Made by a program: the position numbers and the translations under genes | From: a virus | Lineage: Duplodnaviria; Caudoviricetes | DNA: 64,000 bases | IMG/VR virus record: IMGVR_UViG_2731957960_000004 | Location: 822-64,821 of that record | Strand: one strand, 5' to 3' | Shown here: positions 17,814 through 27,014 of the stretch, piece after piece | How positions within the stretch are numbered: position 1 is the stretch's first letter | Layout: each line of letters opens with the position of its first letter | The notes under the pieces: model-generated | The model's database searches: none | Told to the model about the DNA's origin: nothing | Seen by the model: only the letters and a program-made list of their open reading frames with translations

Positions 17814-18061
17814 GATCCGTCGCCGACGCGGTATGCGGCGCGCAGCAACGCGATCCTCTTGTCGGCGTGCGCAAGCTCCGCTTCGAGTTCTGTCACCCTC
17901 TCGGCGTGAACAGTTTCTGCGAAGCGGACGATCTCGCGAGCCAAGTCCTGCCGCTCTGCGGTGACGTATGCGAGACCCATCGCCTTCTGCCGCGCGTCGG
18001 CGCGAGCGACATACTTGCGATCAACGAAGGCTTGCGCCTGAATGAGCAGGGCGGGGTTCAT
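17810..18061 (-). CDS. Hypothetical phage protein
   Basis: Start MNPALL directly after upstream stop. Confidence 0.55.
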   Translation of the reverse strand: MNPALLIQAQAFVDRKYVARADARQKAMGLAYVTAERQDLAREIVRFAETVHAERVTELEAELAHADKRIALLRAAYRVGDGS

Positions 18062-18062
18062 C

Positions 18063-18785
18063 TCAGTACGCCTTGCCGTGGGTGCCGAGACGAGCGGCGT
18101 TGGTGTGATCGGCGCGAGTGGCGTTGTAGGCGAGCTTCGCGGACGCGGCGTCGCCGAGACCGCAACGCTGAGAGCCAGCCAGATCGAAGATACGGAACAG
18201 CGCATCGACCATCTCGACGGTGAAGCCGTCGAACTGCGGCAGCTTGTCGTCGGCCAGACTCTTGCGGTGGGCTTCCATTGCTTCAGACAATTCGCTGACC
18301 GTGAGCATCAGCTTGGTCGGTACGACGAAGCGAGCGTTGCGAAGGTTCTCGCCGGTCGCCGGGTCGATCCACCAATGAGCGTTGGCGTTGTGGATGATCG
18401 CGGTCATCCAGTTGAAGCAGAAGCGGATGGCGGTGGCCGTGTCCTGCATCTCGGCGAGCGCGTCGCTGGCGATGTAAAGTGCCTCCTTGTTGTTGTCGCC
18501 TTCGGAGAGCGTGTCGCGGATCGACACCAACGCGGTGGCGTAGCTGGCCGCGTCGCGTGCGTGCTCGGCGGCGAGCTTCATCGCGTGCATGGCCTGATCA
18601 TCGGCCGCAGCAAGGCCGAGTTCTGCCTTGAACAGCTTGCGCAGGTCGCCCCAGCCGGGGATCAGGACGATGGCGGTCAAGGCCGTGAAGAGCACGGCGA
18701 TCCAGAAGTGGCCGCGAACGAGCGAGTCGAGGACGGTGGAAATTCCGATACCGCCGATGACGAGTGATGCAAAGAGACGAAACAT
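18063..18785 (-). CDS. MazG-like nucleotide pyrophosphohydrolase with N-terminal membrane segments
   Basis: LMLTVSELSEAMEAHRK, EMVDALFRIFDL, KLAYNATR. Confidence 0.7.
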   Translation of the reverse strand: MFRLFASLVIGGIGISTVLDSLVRGHFWIAVLFTALTAIVLIPGWGDLRKLFKAELGLAAADDQAMHAMKLAAEHARDAASYATALVSIRDTLSEGDNNKEALYIASDALAEMQDTATAIRFCFNWMTAIIHNANAHWWIDPATGENLRNARFVVPTKLMLTVSELSEAMEAHRKSLADDKLPQFDGFTVEMVDALFRIFDLAGSQRCGLGDAASAKLAYNATRADHTNAARLGTHGKAY

Positions 18786-18813
18786 TCTTGTGACTTTCAG
18801 GGTTCGGTGGTGA

Positions 18814-19083
18814 TCAGTTGAGCGGCTGGATGGTCAGGGCCGGCGGCAGCTTCTTCGAGACTGCGCGGGCACCTTCGGGCGTGACGCGGAAGACCCGCAT
18901 CGAGCCGTAGTCTTCGCGGGGATCGCGGAACATCGCGCCCTTGTCGGCGAGACATTCCGCGAGCCGGATGTCCTCTCCGTTGGCGTGGACGGCGACCCGG
19001 TTGCGGCAGATCGAACGCGAGCGTTCAAGTCCGAGCGCGCGGCGAACCAACATCCCTTCGCCGTGGGAGAGGACGGCCGCCAT
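18814..19083 (-). CDS. Hypothetical phage protein
   Basis: ALGL...RN...FRVTPEG pattern of small phage winged-helix-like proteins. Confidence 0.55.
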   Translation of the reverse strand: MAAVLSHGEGMLVRRALGLERSRSICRNRVAVHANGEDIRLAECLADKGAMFRDPREDYGSMRVFRVTPEGARAVSKKLPPALTIQPLN

Positions 19084-19394
19084 TAGCGCACCGCCTTCGC
19101 GCGGCAGTTTTCAAACCGCTCGATCAGCGCCCAATTGCGGGTCGGCGGGATGTGACCACGGAATTGCGAGCAGTCGCTTGCCGAGACCTGCATCAGGCGG
19201 ATGGCTTCGGCGCTCTCGGTGTTGGCGAAGTATTCGCCGCTCGAAAGCGGTGCGACGTTGCGGTTGCGATCCCAGCACTTGCCGCCGAGCGCGCCCTGCT
19301 TGCACACCACGTTCGGCGCGATCAGGTCGTCGGAGGCGAATGCTGGCGATGCCAGAACGGCAACGGCAGCGGCGAGGAACATCATCTTCTTCAT
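19083..19394 (-). CDS. Small secreted Cys-containing protein
   Basis: MKKMMFLAAAVAVLASPAFA signal peptide, GGGAG SD. Confidence 0.6.
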   Translation of the reverse strand: MKKMMFLAAAVAVLASPAFASDDLIAPNVVCKQGALGGKCWDRNRNVAPLSSGEYFANTESAEAIRLMQVSASDCSQFRGHIPPTRNWALIERFENCRAKAVR

Positions 19395-19471
19395 CGAGTA
19401 GTTCTCCCAAACTGATGCACAAGCGCATCGTGCAGGGCACCGCTTGGATGCCCTGTGGCGATGCGCTCGCA

Positions 19472-19858
19472 TCAGCCGAACAAGGCGTTCTGATCGCTGT
19501 GCATGGCCGGCGCAGCGGAGCGGCGCGGCTTTGCGGGAGTGGGGGCGGGAAGCTCGACGGCCTCGGTGCGCATGTGATGCCGCAGGACGTGAGCGGTCAT
19601 GCCGCTGACGTTCTTCCGGCGCTGCTCGGTCTTGATCAGCACCTTCCGCTTGACGAGTTCTGAGACGCGAGGACGGATAGCCAGGACAGTCTCGCCGAGT
19701 TGCTTGGCGATCTCGTCAGCGGTCAGTTGGTAGCCGCGCAGCATGAGTTCGGTGACGGCATCGCGGAGCATCGAGGCGCGGCCCCCGATGCGTTCGGCAG
19801 CATCCTTGGATGCGCCGCCGCCCTTCGATCCCGGCGTGTTCGGATACTTCTCGTCCAT
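19472..19858 (-). CDS. Winged-helix DNA-binding protein
   Basis: LTADEIAKQLGETVLAIRPRVSEL; ends QNALFG. Confidence 0.7.
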   Translation of the reverse strand: MDEKYPNTPGSKGGGASKDAAERIGGRASMLRDAVTELMLRGYQLTADEIAKQLGETVLAIRPRVSELVKRKVLIKTEQRRKNVSGMTAHVLRHHMRTEAVELPAPTPAKPRRSAAPAMHSDQNALFG

Positions 19859-19956
19859 AGGCAAAGCTCTCCCGTTCGCCCGCAAGGGCGTTTTCCGATT
19901 GGCGATGTCGGTGGTCTCCCGACCGTGGCCTGCCGACTCGGCAAGCTCCCGTGCCT

Positions 19957-20047
19957 CAACGGATAGCGACGGACGAAAAGGAAAGCAAGAACTTTGTGAG
20001 GGATGTTGACGGATGACGGGCCGGTTTTGGTCAACGATCCGTTGACG
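19957..20047. promoter_or_regulatory. Operator cluster upstream of second leftward operon
   Basis: CAACGGATAGCGACGGACG (19957-19975) plus further TGACGGAT-like copies. Confidence 0.6.
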
Positions 20048-20084
20048 GCCAGACGGAATTTCGGCATCGTAATTCGGCGTTCTA

Positions 20085-20290
20085 ACGGTTATAGTTTTGA
20101 CGAAAACCGATGGGGGTTAGTTTCGGGGGTTTTGCCTGAAACTGAAGGCTCAAAACGGGTTCTAGGGGTTTCGGTTATATATATAGAGGTAATATATAGA
20201 TCATATTTATTGGATGTAATTTAGTGTGATTTGCACCTTACCCCTATATAGGGAACTGAAACCCTCAAAACCCTCATAACCCCCTTTTTG
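20085..20290. other. Putative phage replication origin
   Basis: Very AT-rich core flanked by converging GGGTTT/AAACCC repeats in an intergenic gap. Confidence 0.5.
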
Positions 20291-20340
20291 ACGGTTCGGG
20301 CGACGGATGGGAGATAATATGCAGAACGGACGGCTGACGG

Positions 20341-21210
20341 ATGACTAGGAAGACGATGCAGGGCTGGGAGCGCGCGTCTGAGGACGTTGAGATTCCGGGC
20401 GAGGGGATGACGCTCGATGCCTACGTGGCGGCGATCAGGGTCTCCCCACTTTTTGCGGACGAGGTCGTTCGGCATCTGCATCGCAAGAAGCTGATCTGGA
20501 TGTCGGTGCGCAGAGGACATGCCCGCATCTTCCCGGCGAGCCATCGACCGGCTCGCGGTCGTCCCCCGGCGGTGGACGTGAAGCTTCCGGTGCTGATCGA
20601 CCCGAGACTGTTCGGCCTGTTCACCGACGTTGGACCTGCGGCCGTTAACATCGCCGTGCTGAAGTCCAACACGCCGAGCGGTGGCTGGATGGATCAGCCC
20701 CAGCTTCAGGCTGAGATCAGGCGCTCGATCGCGGTCGAGGCCGGCAACGTGATGGCGGTCTTCCGCCGGTTCATGGACGCCAACGCGATCCAGGTCGGCT
20801 TGGTGCGCAAGTTCCTGTGGCTCGTCTTCCCGGCGGTGATGCCGATTGTCATCGAGACGCAGCCGGAACTTGAGCAGGGAGACGCCCCCCTCGCGAAGAA
20901 GCTGATCCCGGTGCCGAAGCGTGTCGCCGCGAACCTGCCGGATGAAGAGCGGGTCTTCAGCTACATCCAGAAGGCGGGACCGGCCGGCATTGCCGCCTAT
21001 GAGATCGTCAGGACTACGGCTGGCGTCCTGAAGCGCGAGCGGGTCGAAGAGGTCGGCACCATGTTGGAGCAGGGCGGGTTGATCTTCTCGGCTATGGCCC
21101 GCACGTCCGACCGTGGCCGGAAGGGGCTTCGGTACTTCGCCGCCGAGTTCGGCGAGCCGCAAGTCGGGTCCGATGGTCGGGTCTTGCCGAAGCTGGGCGT
21201 CGTTACCTGA
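20341..21210 (+). CDS. Hypothetical protein, possible C-terminal winged helix
   Basis: 289-aa ORF with phage-like codon use. Confidence 0.6.
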   Translation: MTRKTMQGWERASEDVEIPGEGMTLDAYVAAIRVSPLFADEVVRHLHRKKLIWMSVRRGHARIFPASHRPARGRPPAVDVKLPVLIDPRLFGLFTDVGPAAVNIAVLKSNTPSGGWMDQPQLQAEIRRSIAVEAGNVMAVFRRFMDANAIQVGLVRKFLWLVFPAVMPIVIETQPELEQGDAPLAKKLIPVPKRVAANLPDEERVFSYIQKAGPAGIAAYEIVRTTAGVLKRERVEEVGTMLEQGGLIFSAMARTSDRGRKGLRYFAAEFGEPQVGSDGRVLPKLGVVT

Positions 21211-21640
21211 CGGAGACCGGATCGGTCTCTTCAAGGCTGTCGATCCACGCGACCTTCGTCGCATGGAAACTCGGATCGTCAACAACATCCCCGAATGGCG
21301 CTATCAGGCTGCGGTGATCGCACGCCTGCACGCAATGGAAGACGAAGGTCTGCCAATCGCCTGCGCTGGCGACATGAACCGCGCGAAGCGCAGTCGCCGT
21401 GAGCGGATGGAAGCAAAGGTCACGGGTCTTACCGCAGGCGAGCCCGATGTTCGTGTCTACATGACGCGGGCTCGCCTGCTTAGCTTTGAACTGAAGACGC
21501 CAAAGGGATCGCGCTCGAAGGCGCAACGCGACCGTCACAAGCTGCTCGCCGCTCTCGGCTTCGAGATCATCACCATCAAGGCCACGACGCCGGAAGAACT
21601 GGCCGACCTGGTTGAAGCTGAAGTGCGAGCCCGGCTGTAA
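21113..21640 (+). CDS. VRR-NUC domain nuclease (true start probably downstream of 21113)
   Basis: GLTAGEPD...FELKTPKGSRSKAQ. Confidence 0.8.
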   Translation: MAGRGFGTSPPSSASRKSGPMVGSCRSWASLPDGDRIGLFKAVDPRDLRRMETRIVNNIPEWRYQAAVIARLHAMEDEGLPIACAGDMNRAKRSRRERMEAKVTGLTAGEPDVRVYMTRARLLSFELKTPKGSRSKAQRDRHKLLAALGFEIITIKATTPEELADLVEAEVRARL

Positions 21641-22281
21641 TGCAGATCACGCTCACGCTCACGAAGGGGATGCTCGAACGCCTCGACGCATTGCGCGAGA
21701 GTAGCATCAACACCGCGACCGCGAAGGCGCTGACCTTCACCGCCAAGGACGCGCAGATGGCATTGCGGACGCAAGTCCCAGCCATGTTCGTCATTCGTCG
21801 TCCGTGGATCGTCGGCGGCATTCGCATCAAGCCGGCGAATGGCGGAAACCTGAAGGCGCAGGTCGGCTCAATCGACAAGTACATGGAGCGCCATGTCATC
21901 GGCGCCGGACGTGAGAAGCAAGCAGCCAACAGCCTGTCGATCCGCTCGAAGCGTGGCAGCAACGGCCGTCTGGCAACGGGCGGCATCCTGATCAAACCCT
22001 ACGGCTCGATTGCCAGTGCCCCCGTGCATACGGTGGTGCGTCGTCGTTTGAACCGGATGGAAAACCAGAAGAAGAAGCCGTTTCAGATCGTCTCTGGCGG
22101 TCGGGTCTTCATCGTGCGCCGCAAGGGCAAGGCACGGAAGCCGCTCCAATCCCTCGCCATGCTTCAGAACAGCGCGGACATCTCCGAGAATTGGGACTTC
22201 TTCGGCACCGTTAGCGGTGTCGTTCAATCGCGCTTCCCCCATCACTTCTATCGAGCGGTCGTGAACGCGAGCACTCGATGA
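21640..22281 (+). CDS. Basic phage protein, possible gpZ-like tail completion protein
   Basis: ATAKALTFTAKDAQ...FVIRRPW; Lys/Arg-rich. Confidence 0.5.
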   Translation: MQITLTLTKGMLERLDALRESSINTATAKALTFTAKDAQMALRTQVPAMFVIRRPWIVGGIRIKPANGGNLKAQVGSIDKYMERHVIGAGREKQAANSLSIRSKRGSNGRLATGGILIKPYGSIASAPVHTVVRRRLNRMENQKKKPFQIVSGGRVFIVRRKGKARKPLQSLAMLQNSADISENWDFFGTVSGVVQSRFPHHFYRAVVNASTR

Positions 22282-22360
22282 CGAAAACGACTCCCCCCTC
22301 GTTTGGCGAAGATGACTCGGCCCCCATGAATCGAAATGTGACGAAAACGACTCCCCCCTC
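22279..22360 (+). repeat. 22-bp exact direct repeat with 60-bp period and a degenerate middle copy
   Basis: TGACGAAAACGACTCCCCCCTC at 22279 and 22339; TGGCGAAGATGACTCGGCCCCC at 22304. Confidence 0.9.
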
Positions 22361-22460
22361 CCACGATCGAGGCGCAACCCACGGCTGGCCCTGATCGCAG
22401 TCGTCGCAATCGCCGCCTCAATCGGCCCCGCACTGGCCCGAGCGTGCCAGGACGAATGCG

Positions 22461-22739
22461 GTGGTGAAGATCCCCGACACATCGACTTCTTTGCAGAAAA
22501 TGCAAATTACCCATCGGACGCAGATGTCAGCCCCTACGAGCGAAACCGGCCTGCTTCGCATCAGCGCGCCGCACTTCTGCGCTGGGGCGGATGTCGTTGG
22601 TGGCGTCGTGTGCGGCACTATCGCGCCGATCTTACGCTACATGCGTGGCTGGCCCATCGAGCGCGTCCGCTCGTACTGTCGCTCAATGCGATGGGAGCTT
22701 CTGACTCAAGGCGTGGACCGCGAGGGCCACCACGTTTAA
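22461..22739 (+). CDS. Hypothetical phage protein
   Basis: RISAPHFCAG...APILRYMRGW...SYC motif; start uncertain. Confidence 0.55.
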   Translation: MVKIPDTSTSLQKMQITHRTQMSAPTSETGLLRISAPHFCAGADVVGGVVCGTIAPILRYMRGWPIERVRSYCRSMRWELLTQGVDREGHHV

Positions 22740-23216
22740 ACCTCGCGGGGAAAAAAATTTTTAGGCTACGTTTTTTCCTTACAGCGACGGGCCACTCAGC
22801 CGATCTCGGCGATCTTCCGGCGAAGCTCGTCACCAATCTCGAAAATCGCTGCGCAAAATCTTCTCTCGCCTAGAACGTGCAGGCGATCACGGCAGAGTCC
22901 GACGTTTTTTGCGCGTAGCGCCAGCGGCCAGCGCGCGCGGCCCATAAGCTTTCGGCAATGCCCCGCTACCACGGCCCCGCTTTTCCATACGACATTGCAC
23001 GGGCTTCTAATCGCGTCTGGCAATCGGTCGCCATTCGCGCGCGTCGTTACACTTCGGCCCCCTCGCGGTTGCAGAATGCGACAACGCGTCACAGCCTTGT
23101 GAAGACGCGCGCGGCCGTTATCGCCGCACAAATCACGCGGCGAACTATCCGACTCGCGCCAGTAGCGGCGCATTGCTCCGAATCCTTTCGCTCGACTCGC
23201 CTAGCGGCGCATAGTG

Positions 23217-23250
23217 AAACGGCCCCGCAATTGCCTGCGGAGCCGTTTTC
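23217..23250 (-). terminator. Terminator closing the leftward small-gene block
   Basis: GAAACGGCCCCGCA...TGCGGAGCCGTTTTC hairpin. Confidence 0.65.
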
Positions 23251-23266
23251 TATGCGTCGTGGTTCG

Positions 23267-23590
23267 TCACGCGTTACGGATGGTGATTAGGCGAGCCGAA
23301 TACGTCACCACGGCATGCGAGCCGCTAAAGGTCTCCGCGACCTGCGCGCCAGTCACGTCAATAATTGGCTTGTCACCTTTGCCGCTAACCGTGCCGCGCT
23401 CCGCGCGCGTTAGCTCATTGAATTGCGACTCAGTGCAGACGGACAGGGTTAGAGTCTTGTCGCTCCATTCGCGCTTGAATCGCTTGCCGACCGTAAAGCC
23501 TACGGCCGCGAGCCTAGCGCCTTCAATCCAAATGCGAGTCCGCTCGCCTGCTTTTGTGGTTCCGAGTTTAGTCTTGAAAGTGTCGGACAT
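23267..23590 (-). CDS. Hypothetical protein, possibly AbrB-like
   Basis: AGGA SD; RIWIEGARLAAVGF. Confidence 0.65.
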   Translation of the reverse strand: MSDTFKTKLGTTKAGERTRIWIEGARLAAVGFTVGKRFKREWSDKTLTLSVCTESQFNELTRAERGTVSGKGDKPIIDVTGAQVAETFSGSHAVVTYSARLITIRNA

Positions 23591-23630
23591 TGTGATTCCT
23601 ATTGTGTCGATTGATTGCGAGGGGGGATGA

Positions 23631-24140
23631 TTAGGCTTTGCGGTGCTTTTGCACGTTCAAGACAAGATAACGGCCGTTACGGTGGAGTCCTTCGTACCAT
23701 CCACGACTCGCTATTCCGTGCCGCAGGTCTGACTCGTTGTGTCCGAATTGGAATCCGCCGGTTGCGTGAAAATTGCGGATCAACTCGCCTAGCGCCATAT
23801 CGGCCCCGGCTTCGTTGTCGCTTGCGTAATCGACGCGCGTTGCATCGGACGACATGCGAGACTCAACAAAGCCAACGATGGCTTGCCAGTCATCCGCCCA
23901 AAACAAATCGCGCAGATTGTTGTCTGCCGACTCGTCAATCGCGCAAACGTGGAATCGTAGCCACTCTGGAAATTCGCGCTCTTCCGGCTTCGGATAGTCG
24001 CACCAAATGACAAGCTTTGCGGCTTCGTTCGTAAACGACGGGCAAACGTCATTGCCCCATGATGAATCGACAAAGCCCGCCGGCATGGCGGGCATTTGGT
24101 CCGGCGGATAGTCTTTAAACTCAATCCTAAAATCAGCCAT
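23631..24140 (-). CDS. Hypothetical early protein
   Basis: Start MADFRIE with AGGA SD; FVDSSWGNDVCPSF motif. Confidence 0.65.
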   Translation of the reverse strand: MADFRIEFKDYPPDQMPAMPAGFVDSSWGNDVCPSFTNEAAKLVIWCDYPKPEEREFPEWLRFHVCAIDESADNNLRDLFWADDWQAIVGFVESRMSSDATRVDYASDNEAGADMALGELIRNFHATGGFQFGHNESDLRHGIASRGWYEGLHRNGRYLVLNVQKHRKA

Positions 24141-24212
24141 TGGCTTGCATCCTGTTAGAAGCGAGTCCCCTTGGAATGTCCGATGGAAGGGACAGGGGAC
24201 TCGCAAATGGGT

Positions 24213-24443
24213 TTAGCGGTTGTGATCGCGGTTCAAGCGGCTTCGATCCGCGAGCGTCTTAGGCTTGCGCAATGCCTCTTCAAGCAATTGCGTTGTGTAA
24301 ACGTCTTCAATGCGGACAACGGAAAAATGCCGCTGGCGATCATTCGCGGCGCAAAGCCTTTCGGCTTCCGTCTTCGCTGGATCAAACGCCGCAAAGTTTC
24401 CAGTTAGTTCGCCCGTGGCGATATCGCGGATTCGGAATTGCAT
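24213..24443 (-). CDS. Hypothetical early protein
   Basis: AGGAG SD. Confidence 0.6.
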   Translation of the reverse strand: MQFRIRDIATGELTGNFAAFDPAKTEAERLCAANDRQRHFSVVRIEDVYTTQLLEEALRKPKTLADRSRLNRDHNR

Positions 24444-24525
24444 TTAGTGACTCCTATGTTCTGAAGGCGTTGGGCTCTTCAGTGACGGCACAACCGCCAG
24501 ACGACGCGCACCGCGTCGTTTCGCC

Positions 24526-24804
24526 CTATGCCATCCAACCGGGAATCCGCTTGTAGACTTTGAAGCGATAGCCGAAGGGGGCCGACTCTAGCTCGCGCTT
24601 TAGGCTTTCGTATTCTGCGGGAGTCGCGGGCCGCGTTGTCGCGTACCACTCGCGCGAGCAACTGCCATGCTGCCCGATATGCGCATAGCAACCCATAAGA
24701 TTGCCGTTGTCGATTTCGCGAGGGAATACGGCAGTAACTTCGCCTTTGTGTGGGCCGCGCTTGTCCGCGCGGAATAGGACGGCCGTCAATGGTTCGTCAG
24801 ACAT
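24526..24804 (-). CDS. Hypothetical early protein
   Basis: VTAVFP...CYAHIGQHG...ATPAEYESLKRELE. Confidence 0.65.
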   Translation of the reverse strand: MSDEPLTAVLFRADKRGPHKGEVTAVFPREIDNGNLMGCYAHIGQHGSCSREWYATTRPATPAEYESLKRELESAPFGYRFKVYKRIPGWMA

Positions 24805-24820
24805 GGGAATCGATCCTGAT

Positions 24821-24922
24821 TTAGAGCGGAGTGCAGGCAATGCCCGCAACTGTGACAACGAAGGCGATGCAAAGTGCGACAAAAACAGCGCGCGCTAGTT
24901 CGACGGCATAAACCTGAATCAT
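24821..24922 (-). CDS. Small membrane peptide
   Basis: MIQVYAVELARAVFVALCIAFVVTVAGIACTPL; ATGA overlap with upstream gene. Confidence 0.45.
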   Translation of the reverse strand: MIQVYAVELARAVFVALCIAFVVTVAGIACTPL

Positions 24923-25206
24923 TGCGCGTCGTCCTCCGCATATGCGGACGCGATCCGCTTGCCCGTATGATCGCAGAACAGACTCGAGTCTTCGTAATTG
25001 ATGGCAACCGCCACGACTCGCCATCCGTCGTTAGACTTGTCGCGGATGGATTCCAGAATGTTGCGGCGTTCCTGCTTCGCTGCTTCAAACGAAAGCGCGG
25101 CCCCGTCACTTGTGACGAAATAGAGCGGATAACCGCCGGGCCATGCATAGGGGCCATTGCGAACGGCCGCGCGAAAGTCTGCGATTGAGTTGATTTGCAT
25201 CGACAT
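24919..25206 (-). CDS. Hypothetical early protein
   Basis: YAWPGGYPLYF...INYED..LFCD...IASAY. Confidence 0.7.
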   Translation of the reverse strand: MSMQINSIADFRAAVRNGPYAWPGGYPLYFVTSDGAALSFEAAKQERRNILESIRDKSNDGWRVVAVAINYEDSSLFCDHTGKRIASAYAEDDAQ

Positions 25207-25215
25207 TGCCGGGCC

Positions 25216-25845
25216 TCAATAAATCGTCTGCACAAACATGACGGTTGCGGAGCGATACGGATAAAAGGCGAAGCCATCGCCATGCGACTCCAAACGGCCG
25301 CGTACGGCGTTGAGTCCCATTGCAAGCTTTGCGGCTCGCATGATTTGCCGGTCTGTCGCGCCAACCGGGAGAGTCAGAGTCTCGCGCTTAACCCAGCAAT
25401 AATTGGCTTCGCCTCCGAAAGTGTCCGTATACTCAACGGACATTTGAAAGGACTCCGCGCGCTTCACTTTTTGGACGCGGGCATAATCGCCAGAGCTAAC
25501 AAAATATGTGCCGTGGTATTCGTCGCCACTAATCGCGGCAATCCGCACCGCAATGCGTTTGCCTCCGAAATTGTCGCGATATTCGCGGCCAAAGGTAACG
25601 CGGCCCAAAACTTCGCCCGTCCAAGTCGTCGCGACTCCCTTTTCCCGGTTGATATAAAGGAAGTAGCGCGCGGGCTTGTCGCGCAGAAACTCAAAAACTT
25701 CTAGCGCGCTCCGCTCTTCATTCGTTGGCGGGATGATATCCGCCGGCAATTCTGACGGATGGTAGCTAGTGCGATTGCCTAACCAATTGCGGAGCGCGGT
25801 TTCGCGGTTGCGGATGGCGACGGCGGATTCTGCGGAGAGTGTCAT
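25216..25845 (-). CDS. Hypothetical early protein, possibly two fused domains
   Basis: Start MTLSAES with AGGA SD; TTWTGEVLG and EYTDTFGGEANYCWVKR blocks. Confidence 0.65.
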   Translation of the reverse strand: MTLSAESAVAIRNRETALRNWLGNRTSYHPSELPADIIPPTNEERSALEVFEFLRDKPARYFLYINREKGVATTWTGEVLGRVTFGREYRDNFGGKRIAVRIAAISGDEYHGTYFVSSGDYARVQKVKRAESFQMSVEYTDTFGGEANYCWVKRETLTLPVGATDRQIMRAAKLAMGLNAVRGRLESHGDGFAFYPYRSATVMFVQTIY

Positions 25846-25891
25846 TTGCGGGAGTCCTGATATCTGAAGAGGGATTGAGATTTGCGCGGGC

Positions 25892-26344
25892 TTAGCGGTG
25901 GTAAATCCAACCGCGCCACGTTTCGCAGTAGGCTTCGCCGAAAGCGCGAGCCGCGTTCTGCAATGCTTCAAGGCATGCCGCGTGCCCGTCGTCTGTGAAG
26001 CCAACGCCATGACCCTGACGGGCAAACCAAAAGAGATTGCCGAGTCTTTCGTCGTTTAGTTCGTTGCGGCCATAGCGAAAGCCTTCGGAGCCCGGCTCTA
26101 ATTCCATCGCGGCCGTTAAGTGTGCTTCGTTGGCTTGCCAGAACGCGGCGCAATCCTTTGCGAGGTCTGCGATTGCCGCGCGCGTAAGACGCGCAACGCC
26201 TAAGCGGTTGAGTCTGTGTTCGTCGTTTTCTTCGCCAATGTCGCCATTGGTGAAAAACATCGCTTCTACATAACCCTTTGCGAAATCGCTCAACGCGTCA
26301 TAGCTGCGCGGGGCTGGAACGTCGTTTAGAACAAACTGCGGCAT
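25892..26344 (-). CDS. Hypothetical early protein
   Basis: FAKGYVEAMFFT...LFWFARQGHGVGF. Confidence 0.7.
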   Translation of the reverse strand: MPQFVLNDVPAPRSYDALSDFAKGYVEAMFFTNGDIGEENDEHRLNRLGVARLTRAAIADLAKDCAAFWQANEAHLTAAMELEPGSEGFRYGRNELNDERLGNLFWFARQGHGVGFTDDGHAACLEALQNAARAFGEAYCETWRGWIYHR

Positions 26345-26347
26345 GGC

Positions 26348-26587
26348 TTAGGCTTCCATCCAAGGGGCTTGCACGTTGTCGAAAAGGTAGGCTTTGCAGT
26401 CTTCAGCCATCGCAGACGCGGCGGGGCCGTCATCCTGTTCGGGGCAATCGGTATCGACCAGATCGCCGTTGCTATCGAAATCGAACCAATAAGCGCGCGT
26501 GCTGCGAAGCGTGCTGCATGGCCACGCTGCATTGAATGCAGCGACTTCATTGCGTGAGGCGATAACCTTGCGGCCAATGATTTGCAT
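26348..26587 (-). CDS. Hypothetical acidic early protein
   Basis: Start MQIIGRK with AGGAG SD. Confidence 0.6.
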   Translation of the reverse strand: MQIIGRKVIASRNEVAAFNAAWPCSTLRSTRAYWFDFDSNGDLVDTDCPEQDDGPAASAMAEDCKAYLFDNVQAPWMEA

Positions 26588-26598
26588 TGCGCGCGCTC

Positions 26599-27006
26599 CT
26601 ATTCGCCGAAATAGAAAACGGCGGAATAGGCGAGCAAGATTGACTCGACGTTCTGCGAATTGCCGGGAGTCCAACGAGTCCAGCCCGTGAACCAATCCTG
26701 ATATTCGATGAAAGCGGACTCGGGCTCGCAATAGTCGCTTAGTTCGCCGCGAATGCGCACCGCAGGCCCGCCAGTGCAAAGCAAGATTGTGTATTCTGCC
26801 GGGCTCGAGTCTTCCTTATTGCCGGGGCTGTACCAGCCGGACCGCACTTCGACGCTTAAAGCGTCTTCGTTGATCCGCTCGCGGGCCTCATTCTCCGCGC
26901 GATCATTGCCGGCCTTTTCGGCGAAGCGGAGCGCGGAGACCATTTCCACGATTGAATGGAATTGAGCGATTGCCTGCGATAGTCCGCCATCGTTGCGCGT
27001 TGTCAT
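26599..27006 (-). CDS. Hypothetical early protein, first gene of the block
   Basis: LSVEVRSGW...ILLCTGGPAVRIRGEL...EYQDW. Confidence 0.7.
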   Translation of the reverse strand: MTTRNDGGLSQAIAQFHSIVEMVSALRFAEKAGNDRAENEARERINEDALSVEVRSGWYSPGNKEDSSPAEYTILLCTGGPAVRIRGELSDYCEPESAFIEYQDWFTGWTRWTPGNSQNVESILLAYSAVFYFGE

Positions 27007-27014
27007 GTCCGTTT

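Noticed and set aside
22279-22360. Mini CRISPR array (22-bp repeats, 38-bp spacer)
   Set aside because: Only two exact copies, non-palindromic, and the spacer is itself a degenerate repeat copy
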